A stretch of 64,000 nt of DNA from an uncultured Bacteroidales bacterium (GCA_902779125.1 CACZAC010000015.1:4155-68154); one strand, 5' to 3'. Positions 20,433 to 29,426 are shown, counted from the stretch's first letter. The notes: generated by a model not told the origin, from the letters alone. Made by a program: numbers and translations.

Positions 20433-21500
20433 CTACTGATATTTTTTTAGTGTCAAAGAAGGTTTAATATCTCCATTCTTCGATATGTAATAGATATATT
20501 CAGAAGAAATCACCAATGAATCATTGTTTCTAATCTCATTAGATATTTGCTTCACATATATGCTCCCTTCTTGTGCCTCATTCAAATAATATGGTATTGA
20601 ATAAGCCAAGAAACATATAGACGAAAAATCAATATTATACCTGCTGCGTATTATATCATTTCTTTTTTTTGTAGAATCTGAATCACCTATCTTGTAATCA
20701 ATATATTCAACACCCTTGCCAGATTCTCCAGCAGCTGTCAAAACATCAGAACTGGTAAATCCTGTATTTGACAGAATAGGACCGTTATAACCTAAATCTC
20801 TTATTGATTTAATCAAGACACCTAGGGCTGAAGAAAAACCGATGGCAATAATACCATTGGGGTCTCTTTTTAATCCCTGTACTACTATATTTTTATAATC
20901 TGTATTTGACTCATCATATTTTATACTCTTTAATGCATCGTCTTTTTTTATAAGAGTTTCATTAAAAGGGATACCGTACTCAGTATTAGGATAGAACAAA
21001 ACTATTCTCTGATAATTACTCTTGTTAATCCCCTCAATGATTGCGTTGCTTTCATCTACAGAACTGTTGCCAATCTTAAAAATATTATATTCCCCTCCAG
21101 AAGTAATATCTGGATGTGATGCCACACAAAATAACAATTTATCATCTTTAATAACTACAGGTTTTAAAGCTAAAGAATATGCACTGCCAGCCGTCACAAA
21201 AATTGATACCCCATTTATAGTCTTAAGTTTATTGTAAGCATTAAGAACATTTCGCTGTTCGCTAGCGACATCTTCTACCAACAATTCATACTTAATGGGA
21301 TTATCTGCTTGGTTCAATTCTTCGATGGCCAACTCAAGACCAGCCTTCATTGACGTTCCTAGGCCGGCTTGATTTCCTGTCATAGGCAGTATAGCTCCAA
21401 TTTTAATAGTCTGACAGTCCTTTTTATTACAAGACTTATATCCAATAATCAAAGCTATGAAAATAAAAAACAGCAGTGCAATTAATTTAAACGCTTTCAT
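20433..21500 (-). CDS. ABC transporter substrate-binding protein, type 1 fold (LivK/LivJ-like)
   Basis: TIKIGAILPMTGNQAGLG...AGLELAIEELN...YELLVED, NTEYG, DYKNIV...DPNGI motifs; N-terminal membrane anchor. Confidence 0.9.
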   Translation of the reverse strand: MKAFKLIALLFFIFIALIIGYKSCNKKDCQTIKIGAILPMTGNQAGLGTSMKAGLELAIEELNQADNPIKYELLVEDVASEQRNVLNAYNKLKTINGVSIFVTAGSAYSLALKPVVIKDDKLLFCVASHPDITSGGEYNIFKIGNSSVDESNAIIEGINKSNYQRIVLFYPNTEYGIPFNETLIKKDDALKSIKYDESNTDYKNIVVQGLKRDPNGIIAIGFSSALGVLIKSIRDLGYNGPILSNTGFTSSDVLTAAGESGKGVEYIDYKIGDSDSTKKRNDIIRSRYNIDFSSICFLAYSIPYYLNEAQEGSIYVKQISNEIRNNDSLVISSEYIYYISKNGDIKPSLTLKKYQ

Positions 21501-22218
21501 ATTCTCTATTTTTAAACATTAGACTTTCAATTTCCGACAAGCTTAATAGCTCATCAACAAATACGTACAAAATTTTTCTATCCCCCATCATCATACACCT
21601 CTCACAGAACTTCACGGCCTTGGCGATGTTCTGTTCGATGAGGATGATGGTGACATTGAACTTTGCCCTGATATCACAGAGTATCTGGTACATCTCTTCT
21701 ACGGCTTTGGGTGAGAGACCAGCGCTAGGCTCATCCAGGATGACGAGGCGAGGGTTGGTAGCCAGGGTCATTGCTAGAGAAAGCTGATGCTTCTGTCCAC
21801 CGCTCAGTTTGTCTGCCATTGTGTGTTGCAGTTCCTTTTTGGAGCGCTGCAACATAGGGATGATGTTCTTGAGAACGTCAAGGGTATTGGAAGGCTGTCT
21901 GGACAGGGATAACTGCAGGTTATCCCATACCGATAAGTTCTTGAATACTCTGCCTCCCTGCTGCATAATTGAGATGCCACGATGAGATAGCTGGCTGGTT
22001 GTCAGCGAAGTGATGTCTTCACCTTCAAAGAAGATATCTCCCTTGCGGAAAGGTAGCATGTTCATGATGGCCTTTCCTAAGGTAGATTTACCCGAGCCAT
22101 TAAGGCCAATGATACCTACAGCTTCACCTTGCTGCACATCAATAGAGATGCCGCGGAGGATGTCGAATCCCTCCAGGTAGCCCCCCCACAGGTCATTGAT
22201 CTTCAGTATCTCGCTCAT
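21487..22218 (-). CDS. livF: HAAT-family ABC ATPase (LivF-like)
   Basis: GLNGSGKST, LSGGQ, LDEPSAGLSP, IEQN; family-level call. Confidence 0.88.
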   Translation of the reverse strand: MSEILKINDLWGGYLEGFDILRGISIDVQQGEAVGIIGLNGSGKSTLGKAIMNMLPFRKGDIFFEGEDITSLTTSQLSHRGISIMQQGGRVFKNLSVWDNLQLSLSRQPSNTLDVLKNIIPMLQRSKKELQHTMADKLSGGQKHQLSLAMTLATNPRLVILDEPSAGLSPKAVEEMYQILCDIRAKFNVTIILIEQNIAKAVKFCERCMMMGDRKILYVFVDELLSLSEIESLMFKNREYESV

Positions 22219-23000
22219 AAGCCCAAATAACTATTTCTCACATTTTTATCATCAAGCACCTCGGCTGTTGGACCAACTTTAGCAATGATGCCCTCATCAA
22301 GATATGCGCAGACATCGGCCACTTTACGGACAAAATGCATGTTATGTTCTATCAGCAGGACGGTCAGGCCCTCCTGTTCCTTCATCTCGCGGATTATCTG
22401 CTCAATAATTTCTATGTACATCGGATTAACACCTGATGTTGGCTCGTCAAGCAATAGCAGACGGTCTCCACCCATCAGCAATCGTGCAAGGGAGAGAATG
22501 CGCTGCTCTCCATAAGAGAACTCAGAGGCATCCTTATCAAGCATATTCAGATACTTGTTGTCTTGTCCGAAAATGCGTGTAAGAACCTCTCGCACCTGTA
22601 ATTCCTTCTGCAGCTCGGCTTTTTTCCATTTCTTCGGGAACAACAGCGATGAGAAGGGCATCTCACCGGTTGTATCGTCAGATGCCAACTTCATGTTTTC
22701 CATCAGAGTCAAACCACCCATTAGCTGGCCATCCTGAAACAAGCGTCCAATGCCCATCAGCGAGATGCGGTGAGCGGGGATGCGGTTGAAGTCATTGCCC
22801 TCGAATACCACCTCTCCAGTGTAGTTTTTCTCAAACCCCGAGATAATGTTGAACAAAGTAGTTTTTCCCGTGCCGTTACCACCAACAAGTGCAGTGATTT
22901 TGCCCTTCTCAACATCAAGGTTAACACCACGCAATAAGTCGAATGACTCGTTTTGGGCATTCGTGAAACTGATGCGTATGTCTTTCAGTTGCAAAATCAT
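22215..23000 (-). CDS. livG: HAAT-family ABC ATPase (LivG-like)
   Basis: GGNGTGKTTLFNIISG, RLFQ, FSYGEQR, LLLDEPTSGVNP, LIEHNM; family-level call. Confidence 0.9.
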   Translation of the reverse strand: MILQLKDIRISFTNAQNESFDLLRGVNLDVEKGKITALVGGNGTGKTTLFNIISGFEKNYTGEVVFEGNDFNRIPAHRISLMGIGRLFQDGQLMGGLTLMENMKLASDDTTGEMPFSSLLFPKKWKKAELQKELQVREVLTRIFGQDNKYLNMLDKDASEFSYGEQRILSLARLLMGGDRLLLLDEPTSGVNPMYIEIIEQIIREMKEQEGLTVLLIEHNMHFVRKVADVCAYLDEGIIAKVGPTAEVLDDKNVRNSYLGL

Positions 23001-23004
23001 ATCG

Positions 23005-23877
23005 CTACTTCATTATCGTTTTTCCCAAAAGACCTTGGGGGCGGTAATACATCACAAGAATCAGGGCCAGTCCGTAGATAATCTGCCTAAGATTGGCAGC
23101 AACGGAATCTGGCAACCCCACAAAACGGAGCAGCTCAGGCAATAACACAACAAACACGGCACCAAGAACGGGTCCTTTGGTATTGCCTATGCCACCTATA
23201 AACAACGCACTAAGGATAAAAATACTTTCGTCAAGCGTGAAACTGGTTGGGTCTATATAGCTAACATAAGACGCATAAATGATGCCTGCCAATCCTGCTA
23301 CGGCTGCCGATAGGAAGAAAGCAAGTGACTTAAACTTAACGATATTGCGTCCCATCGACTTCACTGTAATCTCATCGGCACGTATAGCATTCAGTACCCT
23401 GCCAAACGGAGACTCCACCAAATGGTGAAACAGAAAGACGACGACTGCCATGAGTACTAATGACAAAACGAGATAGGCATACACACCAGTGAGTTCAAAC
23501 ATCCCAAATAGTCTGATGCCAGGGATGCCCGGAATGCCGTATGGACCACGCGTTACATCTGTCCAGTTGTAAAGTATCGTATAAACAATCAGTTGGAATC
23601 CCATCGTAGCAATCACGAAATAGTCATCTTTCAACCTAACAGAAGCAAAAGAAACAAGGAAACTAAAAGCACCAGTAAACAACATCACCAGTGCAGCGAC
23701 CAAAAGAAACGGCAGATTGAACTGCATCAGGAAAAATGTTCCAATGTACGCACCGATACCATAGAATGCAGCCTGACACATGGTCAGCAAATTGGCCATG
23801 CCAATAGTCAAGTTCGCACTCAGTGTCAACATGATGTATATGTTGAGCATGATGATGATATGAAATACATACTCCAT
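23005..23877 (-). CDS. livM: HAAT-family ABC permease (LivM-like)
   Basis: QAAFYGIGAY, RLKDDYFVIAT, TRGPYGI, SPFGRVLNAIRADE, YIDPTSF, GGIGN..GPVLGA, RPQGL. Confidence 0.92.
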   Translation of the reverse strand: MEYVFHIIIMLNIYIMLTLSANLTIGMANLLTMCQAAFYGIGAYIGTFFLMQFNLPFLLVAALVMLFTGAFSFLVSFASVRLKDDYFVIATMGFQLIVYTILYNWTDVTRGPYGIPGIPGIRLFGMFELTGVYAYLVLSLVLMAVVVFLFHHLVESPFGRVLNAIRADEITVKSMGRNIVKFKSLAFFLSAAVAGLAGIIYASYVSYIDPTSFTLDESIFILSALFIGGIGNTKGPVLGAVFVVLLPELLRFVGLPDSVAANLRQIIYGLALILVMYYRPQGLLGKTIMK

Positions 23878-23878
23878 A

Positions 23879-24748
23879 CTACACAGTGCGTTGTTTATAT
23901 CCCGCTATGCCTTGAGGCCGCAAGAAAAGGAGAATAATCAAAACCAAGAACGTTACAGCGTTTTGCCAATTGGAAGCAAAATGATAGACCGTCAACGATT
24001 GCAGGACACCCAATGTCAGTCCGCCAAGGATACAGGTGCTGAACCTACCGACACCGCCTATAATCATCGCCACAACTGCACTGATTAGCACATTCATACC
24101 CATATTGGGGTCAAGACCTACATCATAGACAGTCAGGCAGCTGGCAAGGGCAATAAATACACCACTCACCAGAAACACGAGGACTCTAGTTTTTTTAGTA
24201 TCGTAACCCAGTGTCTCAAACAAAGTCTCGTCGGCACTCAATGCTCTCAACCTCAAACCCCAATTGGTGCGTTGCAACAATACCATGAAGATAATCAGTA
24301 CCGTAATACCTATCAAGGCCTGATACTTTTGAGGGGAAGTGATGATAATATCCCCAAAAGTCAACGGTTGCAGAATAGAGTTATCTATCACCTTGGTTTC
24401 GTTGCCAAAAAACATGGCAATGGTGTTGATAATGACAGTCATCGCACCAATGGAGGCTATCATTGCCACATTGAGTGAGGCCTTTTTGTTTTTCAACGGC
24501 CGATATATAAGCACTTCAGTCAAAAGACTGAGCAGCATGGTCAACACTAATGCGACAAGAGAGGCAGGAATGACAGGCAGCCCTACACTAGCTACAAAAA
24601 ACCAGAACATATAGGCCGCAAACACATATATACCGGCTGCAGCTATATGGAATATCTTAGTCGTATTAAACACCAAGGCAAACCCTATCGCCAACAGCGA
24701 GTAGAGGATTCCAGTTATTAATCCATTTATGACAAATTGCCAAATCAT
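23879..24748 (-). CDS. livH: HAAT-family ABC permease (LivH-like)
   Basis: NGLITGILYSLLAIGFALVF, FHIA, IYRPL, TNWGLRLRA, IIGGVG, RPQGI; ATG at 24748. Confidence 0.92.
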   Translation of the reverse strand: MIWQFVINGLITGILYSLLAIGFALVFNTTKIFHIAAAGIYVFAAYMFWFFVASVGLPVIPASLVALVLTMLLSLLTEVLIYRPLKNKKASLNVAMIASIGAMTVIINTIAMFFGNETKVIDNSILQPLTFGDIIITSPQKYQALIGITVLIIFMVLLQRTNWGLRLRALSADETLFETLGYDTKKTRVLVFLVSGVFIALASCLTVYDVGLDPNMGMNVLISAVVAMIIGGVGRFSTCILGGLTLGVLQSLTVYHFASNWQNAVTFLVLIILLFLRPQGIAGYKQRTV

Positions 24749-24771
24749 CAAATTCTTTTTGATTGTAATTG

Positions 24772-24779
24772 CAAAAGTA
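24772..24779 (-). promoter_or_regulatory. Bacteroidetes primary-sigma -7 box heading the livH...membrane-protein operon
   Basis: Minus-strand TACTTTTG (TAnnTTTG consensus) 24 nt upstream of the livH ATG. Confidence 0.7.
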
Positions 24780-25213
24780 TATAAAAAATACCGTTTTTTT
24801 ACTCTATGAACGGAAAAAAGACAAAAAAAGCATATTTTATTGTTTATTTCTTTTTTATAAGACTATGGTTACTCCTCTTCACTATAACAGATACATTGAG
24901 CACATGGCCAGTATTATACTTTAATTATATGAAAGCGAGAGCCTTTCCTCATTATCGGACAACGTGAAAGTAGTCAAAAAGGTAGCAAATCATCCCCAAA
25001 AACCATGAAAAAAAGTGTAAAAGAAAGAGGGTACAGAAATCATGGGTATAAACCGAGTAATATGTGAGGCCGGGCAAGATACAAATTCATAAATTAAAGA
25101 TAGAGACTAATAAAAAGCAAAGAAATCTTCAGTATTATGCAATAATTCAATAAAATGTTGTACCTTTGTGATGATTACTTGAATTGATGACTATTTGATA
25201 AAACGAAATATTT

Positions 25214-26833
25214 ATGAGGCACTATCTGAAGAATCTAGAAGACACTGTGCGCCAGCATTGGACCCAAAAAGCCTTGTGTGACTACAACGGCGACTCTTTT
25301 ACCTATGCACAGCTGGCTATCAACGTTGAGCGGTTCCGCATCTTTTTCTCTGCTGTCGGCATCGGCAAAGGGGATAAAATCGCTATTTGCGCCCGCAACA
25401 GCGCCCGCTGGGCGATGACCTTTTGGGGAATCAATGTCAATGGCTGTGTGGCGGTTCCGCTGCTGTCCGACTTTCATCCTAGCACGGTTTCCACCCTCAC
25501 CAACCATTCTGACAGCGTTCTGCTCTTTGTCGACGATGACATCTGGACAAAAATGAACCCTGACGAGATGCCTAACCTCAAGGCGGCCATCAATGTCAAG
25601 GACGGCAACCTGCTGTGGCACCAGGATGAGGATGTGGCTAGTGCCTGGAACAACCGCAAGGCAGCATTCACACAACAATATCCCAACGGAATGTATCCCG
25701 AGCAGGTGTCCTATCCCGGCGACAATGGTGATGACCTGGCCATCATCAACTACACGTCAGGAACCACGGGCAACCCCAAGGGCGTGATGCTCACCTATAA
25801 CGCCATGTCCGATACCGACGATTTCGCGAACAGGCATTTCCCGAACACTCCCGGTCAAACGATTGTTTCAATGTTGCCCCTGGCTCACATGTACGGATTG
25901 GCTATCGAGTTCATCCATCCTAACGTCGATGGAGTGACCGTTTATTTCCTGGGCAAGACTCCATCGCCCACCACCCTGCTCAAGGCAATGAAGGACATCA
26001 AGCCCTATATGGTGGTCACGGTGCCCCTGGTAATGGAGAAAATCTATGCCAATGCCATCAAACCGGCGCTTGAGAAGGCGAAATCCTTACTGGCCATTCC
26101 CGGACTGAACAAACTGATTTACCGCAAAGCCCGCAACAAGGTGATTGAGGCTTTTGGCGGGAGCGTGGAATGCTTCATCATGGGTGGCGCTGCGCTCAAC
26201 CCTGAAGCCGAACAGTGCTTCAAGAAGATTCGCCTGCCCTACACGGTGGGCTATGGCATGACCGAAGCCTGCCCGCTGCTGGGTTATGAGTGGTGGACCA
26301 AATTTGTGCCTGGATCTTGCGGGAAAGCCGTCCATGAGCTGCGTATCGACTCCGATGACCCGCAACATATACCAGGAGAAATCCAAGCCAAGGGTCCCAA
26401 CCTCACCATCGGCTATTATAAGAATCCCGAAGCCACTGCTGCGGCTTTCACCGAGGACGGATGGTTCCGCACCGGTGACCTGGGCATTATAGACGCTAAG
26501 GGCAACATTTTCATCCGTGGACGCATCAAGTCGATGATTCTGAACTCCTCGGGCCAAAACATCTACCCCGAAGAGGTTGAAGCCGTCTTGGCCAACTGCC
26601 AGTATGTGGATGAGTGCCTGGTAGTGGACCGCGACGGGAAAATCACAGCACTCATCTACACCGAATTCCCCGAGGACATGGACGAGGCGACCAAGGCTGC
26701 TATCCCTGGACAAATCCGCGACGAGGCCAACAAGTCCCTACCCGCTTACAGTAAAATCACAAAAGTGGAGATGAAGGCAGAACCCTTCGAAAAAACACCG
26801 AAGAGAACCATCAAACGCTTCCTCTATCAATAA
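25214..26833 (+). CDS. Long-chain fatty acid-CoA ligase (AMP-binding family)
   Basis: YTSGTTGNPKGV, YGMTEACP, GWFRTGDLG, GRIK, GQNIYPEEVE, KTPKRTIKR. Confidence 0.93.
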   Translation: MRHYLKNLEDTVRQHWTQKALCDYNGDSFTYAQLAINVERFRIFFSAVGIGKGDKIAICARNSARWAMTFWGINVNGCVAVPLLSDFHPSTVSTLTNHSDSVLLFVDDDIWTKMNPDEMPNLKAAINVKDGNLLWHQDEDVASAWNNRKAAFTQQYPNGMYPEQVSYPGDNGDDLAIINYTSGTTGNPKGVMLTYNAMSDTDDFANRHFPNTPGQTIVSMLPLAHMYGLAIEFIHPNVDGVTVYFLGKTPSPTTLLKAMKDIKPYMVVTVPLVMEKIYANAIKPALEKAKSLLAIPGLNKLIYRKARNKVIEAFGGSVECFIMGGAALNPEAEQCFKKIRLPYTVGYGMTEACPLLGYEWWTKFVPGSCGKAVHELRIDSDDPQHIPGEIQAKGPNLTIGYYKNPEATAAAFTEDGWFRTGDLGIIDAKGNIFIRGRIKSMILNSSGQNIYPEEVEAVLANCQYVDECLVVDRDGKITALIYTEFPEDMDEATKAAIPGQIRDEANKSLPAYSKITKVEMKAEPFEKTPKRTIKRFLYQ

Positions 26834-26866
26834 AAAACAGACCTTTAGGTCAAATAGCAGGAGAAG

Positions 26867-26908
26867 AAATGCCTGCAGAACCGACAAACATTGGTTTTAC
26901 AGGCATTT
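26867..26908 (+). terminator. Terminator-like hairpin after the acyl-CoA ligase
   Basis: aaatgcctg...caggcattt inverted repeat with an inner aacc/ggtt stem. Confidence 0.6.
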
Positions 26909-26971
26909 GATTCAGAACGATTAGTATCCTCATCAGCTAGTCTTTTAAGCCTTTAGGGCTGTCAGGTTATA

Positions 26972-27155
26972 GGCAGGAGTTCCGCTTCGCTGCACTCCTG
27001 TAATTAATCGCCACACACGAGCAATAGCCCCATTAGGGGCGGCACGTTACTGCCGCCCCGATGGGGCTAAGACTTCAATGTTCACGATTGCAGGGGTTGC
27101 ACTCGGCTTCGCCTCGTTACACCCCTGCCTATACCCTGCTCGCTCCTGACGGAGC
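26972..27155. repeat. Cluster of GC-rich palindromes (REP/BIME-like)
   Basis: caggagt/actcctg (26974-27000); tagccccat-ggggcggca/tgccgcccc-atggggcta (27025-27069); gcagggg/cccctgc (27090-27128); gctcc/ggagc (27142-27155); inner gcttcgc and ggcttcgcc loops. Confidence 0.65.
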
Positions 27156-27239
27156 TTTCACCGGACACCCTAATGATTCAAAACATACTACCGCCTATAC
27201 TCATTCTTAGTCCTTACGCTTTAATGCGGCCAATAAGTA

Positions 27240-27767
27240 TCATTGGTCTGGAAGAGTTTTCTTGTACTTCTGATACACTTTTTTCAACTGTTTGTCAATC
27301 TCATTGATGGGACGGTCGAGTTCTTTTAACTTCACTTCGTAACGAAGGGTGTTCTCGGGGTCCGTCTTTTCATGATATTTCACGATGAACTTAAGCGTGG
27401 GAATGCGAAATTCTAAGACAGTCTTGAACCTCACTTGTTCACAGTCAGCAAAGGGTATCGTTGTGGCCAAGCCGTCATTGTCGTAGAAGACGAAGAAGTC
27501 AGCGCCGACGGCAAATGCGGGTATACCGTGGCGGGCTTTATCGGTCCTTCGGAAATTTTCGACAGTAGACAGTATCGTGCCAAGTGTAATCAGGCCATAG
27601 ACAATGATTATCACGTAGCCATGCCAGTCATCAAACAGGAACGACAGGTCCCAATGGGCAAAGCAGAACACACCGAGAGCGACCAAAGCCACTGACAGTA
27701 TCACGTAGGCGACCGCCTTCGATGTCGCCAACCCCTTCCGGTAATAGTATTGATGTAATATCTCCAT
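27240..27767 (-). CDS. Hypothetical membrane protein (2 TM plus PH-like soluble domain)
   Basis: 175 aa, two hydrophobic helices followed by a beta-rich domain. Confidence 0.7.
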   Translation of the reverse strand: MEILHQYYYRKGLATSKAVAYVILSVALVALGVFCFAHWDLSFLFDDWHGYVIIIVYGLITLGTILSTVENFRRTDKARHGIPAFAVGADFFVFYDNDGLATTIPFADCEQVRFKTVLEFRIPTLKFIVKYHEKTDPENTLRYEVKLKELDRPINEIDKQLKKVYQKYKKTLPDQ

Positions 27768-27867
27768 AACTATAAGTTTTTTATAACCGTGCCACGAGGG
27801 ACTTATAAGGTCCCATCCATTCTATCACATATAATTTTATTATCTCTGACATATTAAGAAAATATTG

Positions 27868-27950
27868 TTGCCTGGTTAGCTTGGCTCTCCAGGGTTGGAT
27901 AAGGCAATGTACGCCCCTGTTGTGGTGGTCGAGTACGTCGGCAGTGCCTT
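27868..27950 (-). pseudogene. Decayed, frameshifted copy of the comM 3' tail (relic C)
   Basis: Reads GTADVLDHH then, after a frameshift, IALSNPGEPS, versus [23 protein letters not shown] in intact comM. Confidence 0.7.
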
Positions 27951-27958
27951 GTTCGCGG

Positions 27959-27991
27959 ATGCTATCAGAAATCTCAGATGAATCAGTTGTT
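27959..27991 (+). repeat. 33-bp direct repeat, copy 1
   Basis: atgctatcagaaatctcagatgaatcagttgtt, identical to 28276-28308. Confidence 0.95.
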
Positions 27992-28227
27992 GAAATTCCT
28001 TAGAGGTCGGCGATGGTGCAGGCGACTTTGAAGTAAACGCGGCAGTAATTTCAAGATTGCCACAGTTGGAGATATATCTACATCTATTTGCAGCTTTATC
28101 AAGATAAAACAACAATAGTTTATCATAATAAACATTCTAAAAAACTGATAACAAATATCTTGTCTCTTTTATGCAAGATAGCTTAAAAATCCCACTGCTT
28201 ATCCATATTCTTGACATATAAAGTCCA

Positions 28228-28257
28228 TTGGTAGAGCATCAGCTTCCCAAGTTGGGG
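28228..28257 (+). pseudogene. tRNA-Gly(CCC) fragment (D-loop plus anticodon arm)
   Basis: ttggtagagca-tcagc-tt-CCC-aa-gttgg-gg; no acceptor stem or T-arm nearby. Confidence 0.65.
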
Positions 28258-28275
28258 ACTGAAGGTTAGACCTGA

Positions 28276-28308
28276 ATGCTATCAGAAATCTCAGATGAAT
28301 CAGTTGTT
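28276..28308 (+). repeat. 33-bp direct repeat, copy 2
   Basis: Identical to 27959-27991. Confidence 0.95.
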
Positions 28309-28370
28309 TGCTAGAAAGTTGTTCCCGTTGATGTTCTGTTGTCACTGTTATTTGACAGGGTGCACAGGCT

Positions 28371-28508
28371 CGGATTCATCGAGGCAACGAGCATAAACGA
28401 CACAGGATACTCGGTCGAATATTTCGCCCTACTGATGCTTATAATCCTGTCCTCCAGCGGCTGTCGCATCACCTCCAACACATTTCTAGAAAATTCAGGC
28501 AATTCATC
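28371..28508 (-). pseudogene. Internal comM fragment starting at the Walker-B Asp (DELP...MNP)
   Basis: 46 codons, 43/46 aa identical to intact comM 34099-34236, with many synonymous changes. Confidence 0.92.
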
Positions 28509-28609
28509 CACGTGGAAAGACTTGCCCCATTGCAACAGCCTCATTGCCAACCATAAAGTCCCCAAAAACAACCAAAACATGTACCATAAAACCATTCACA
28601 ACCACAAAG
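28498..28609 (-). repeat. About 112-bp repeat copy 1: non-comM end sequence fused to comM DELP codons (att-like junction)
   Basis: About 84% identical (18 differences counted by hand) to 29616-29726. Confidence 0.85.
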
Positions 28610-28706
28610 ATAAATGTTTCTAAAACACAAAGACACAAATCATTACATCAAAAGAATCGTTCCTTTTATCTTATTGATGTATCATTGTTAAGTTTGGGCT
28701 TTTTAC

Positions 28707-29426
28707 TTATTTTGTTTTGTTCTTGTTTACCCAATTCACCGACTTATATACATACCGCCCTGTAAGGAACACACATAGAATTATTAATATGGAATACCAT
28801 GAATTTTTCTTTAATTCATTTTCATAACCATCCAACCTATATGAATTTATCATTGAATTCCACTCTGCTTGGCCTTTTTCAATTTCTTGCTTTTTCCATT
28901 GTTCTTTTTCTTGCTCAGTCATGATTGTATAATGTCGAAAATAGGGTTCTGCACTCACCTTGTTGCCATTTTCATCCAATATGATCTCCCCTTTATGACG
29001 TTCAAGATTCTTTTTTTCAATTGCAATCAACTCTTTGAATTTACTTTCTGCATCATCCTCATTAAGAACGTAGTTACCAGTTATCAATTCTGGATCATAA
29101 CAACTTGCCCCAAATGGTAATTCAGGTGAACGCTTTGTATCATTTGAACGATAAACAACATAACCAGCCATATACAGGCCCCATAAAAGAAGTGCAACAA
29201 ACAATAGTTTACTTATGGCAACCATTTCATCAGCAAATGCGCTTTTGTTCTTTTGTACCTCTTTTTCCATTTCAGGTTTGTGCATATCAAGGACATCCTC
29301 TTTGACCTTAATATCGTTCTTTTTTTGCAGCTTCTCTTCAACTATATCAAGATCCTGTTTCGCACCACAATACTTGCAAAACATAGAATCTGCCGCTATC
29401 ACTTTTCCGCACTTTTTACAAAACAT
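28707..29426 (-). CDS. Zinc-ribbon membrane protein
   Basis: MFCKKCGKVIAADSMFCKYCG (double CxxC), two TM helices, AT-rich. Confidence 0.8.
   Translation of the reverse strand: MFCKKCGKVIAADSMFCKYCGAKQDLDIVEEKLQKKNDIKVKEDVLDMHKPEMEKEVQKNKSAFADEMVAISKLLFVALLLWGLYMAGYVVYRSNDTKRSPELPFGASCYDPELITGNYVLNEDDAESKFKELIAIEKKNLERHKGEIILDENGNKVSAEPYFRHYTIMTEQEKEQWKKQEIEKGQAEWNSMINSYRLDGYENELKKNSWYSILIILCVFLTGRYVYKSVNWVNKNKTK

Noticed and set aside
27959-28308. 33-bp repeats as a mini-CRISPR
   Set aside because: Only two copies, 284 bp between them, no palindrome and no cas genes.
28311-28595. ORFs 28311-28595, 29528-29752 and 27876-28115 as real genes
   Set aside because: They are read-throughs of comM relics fused to non-coding end sequence; treated as pseudogene fragments.
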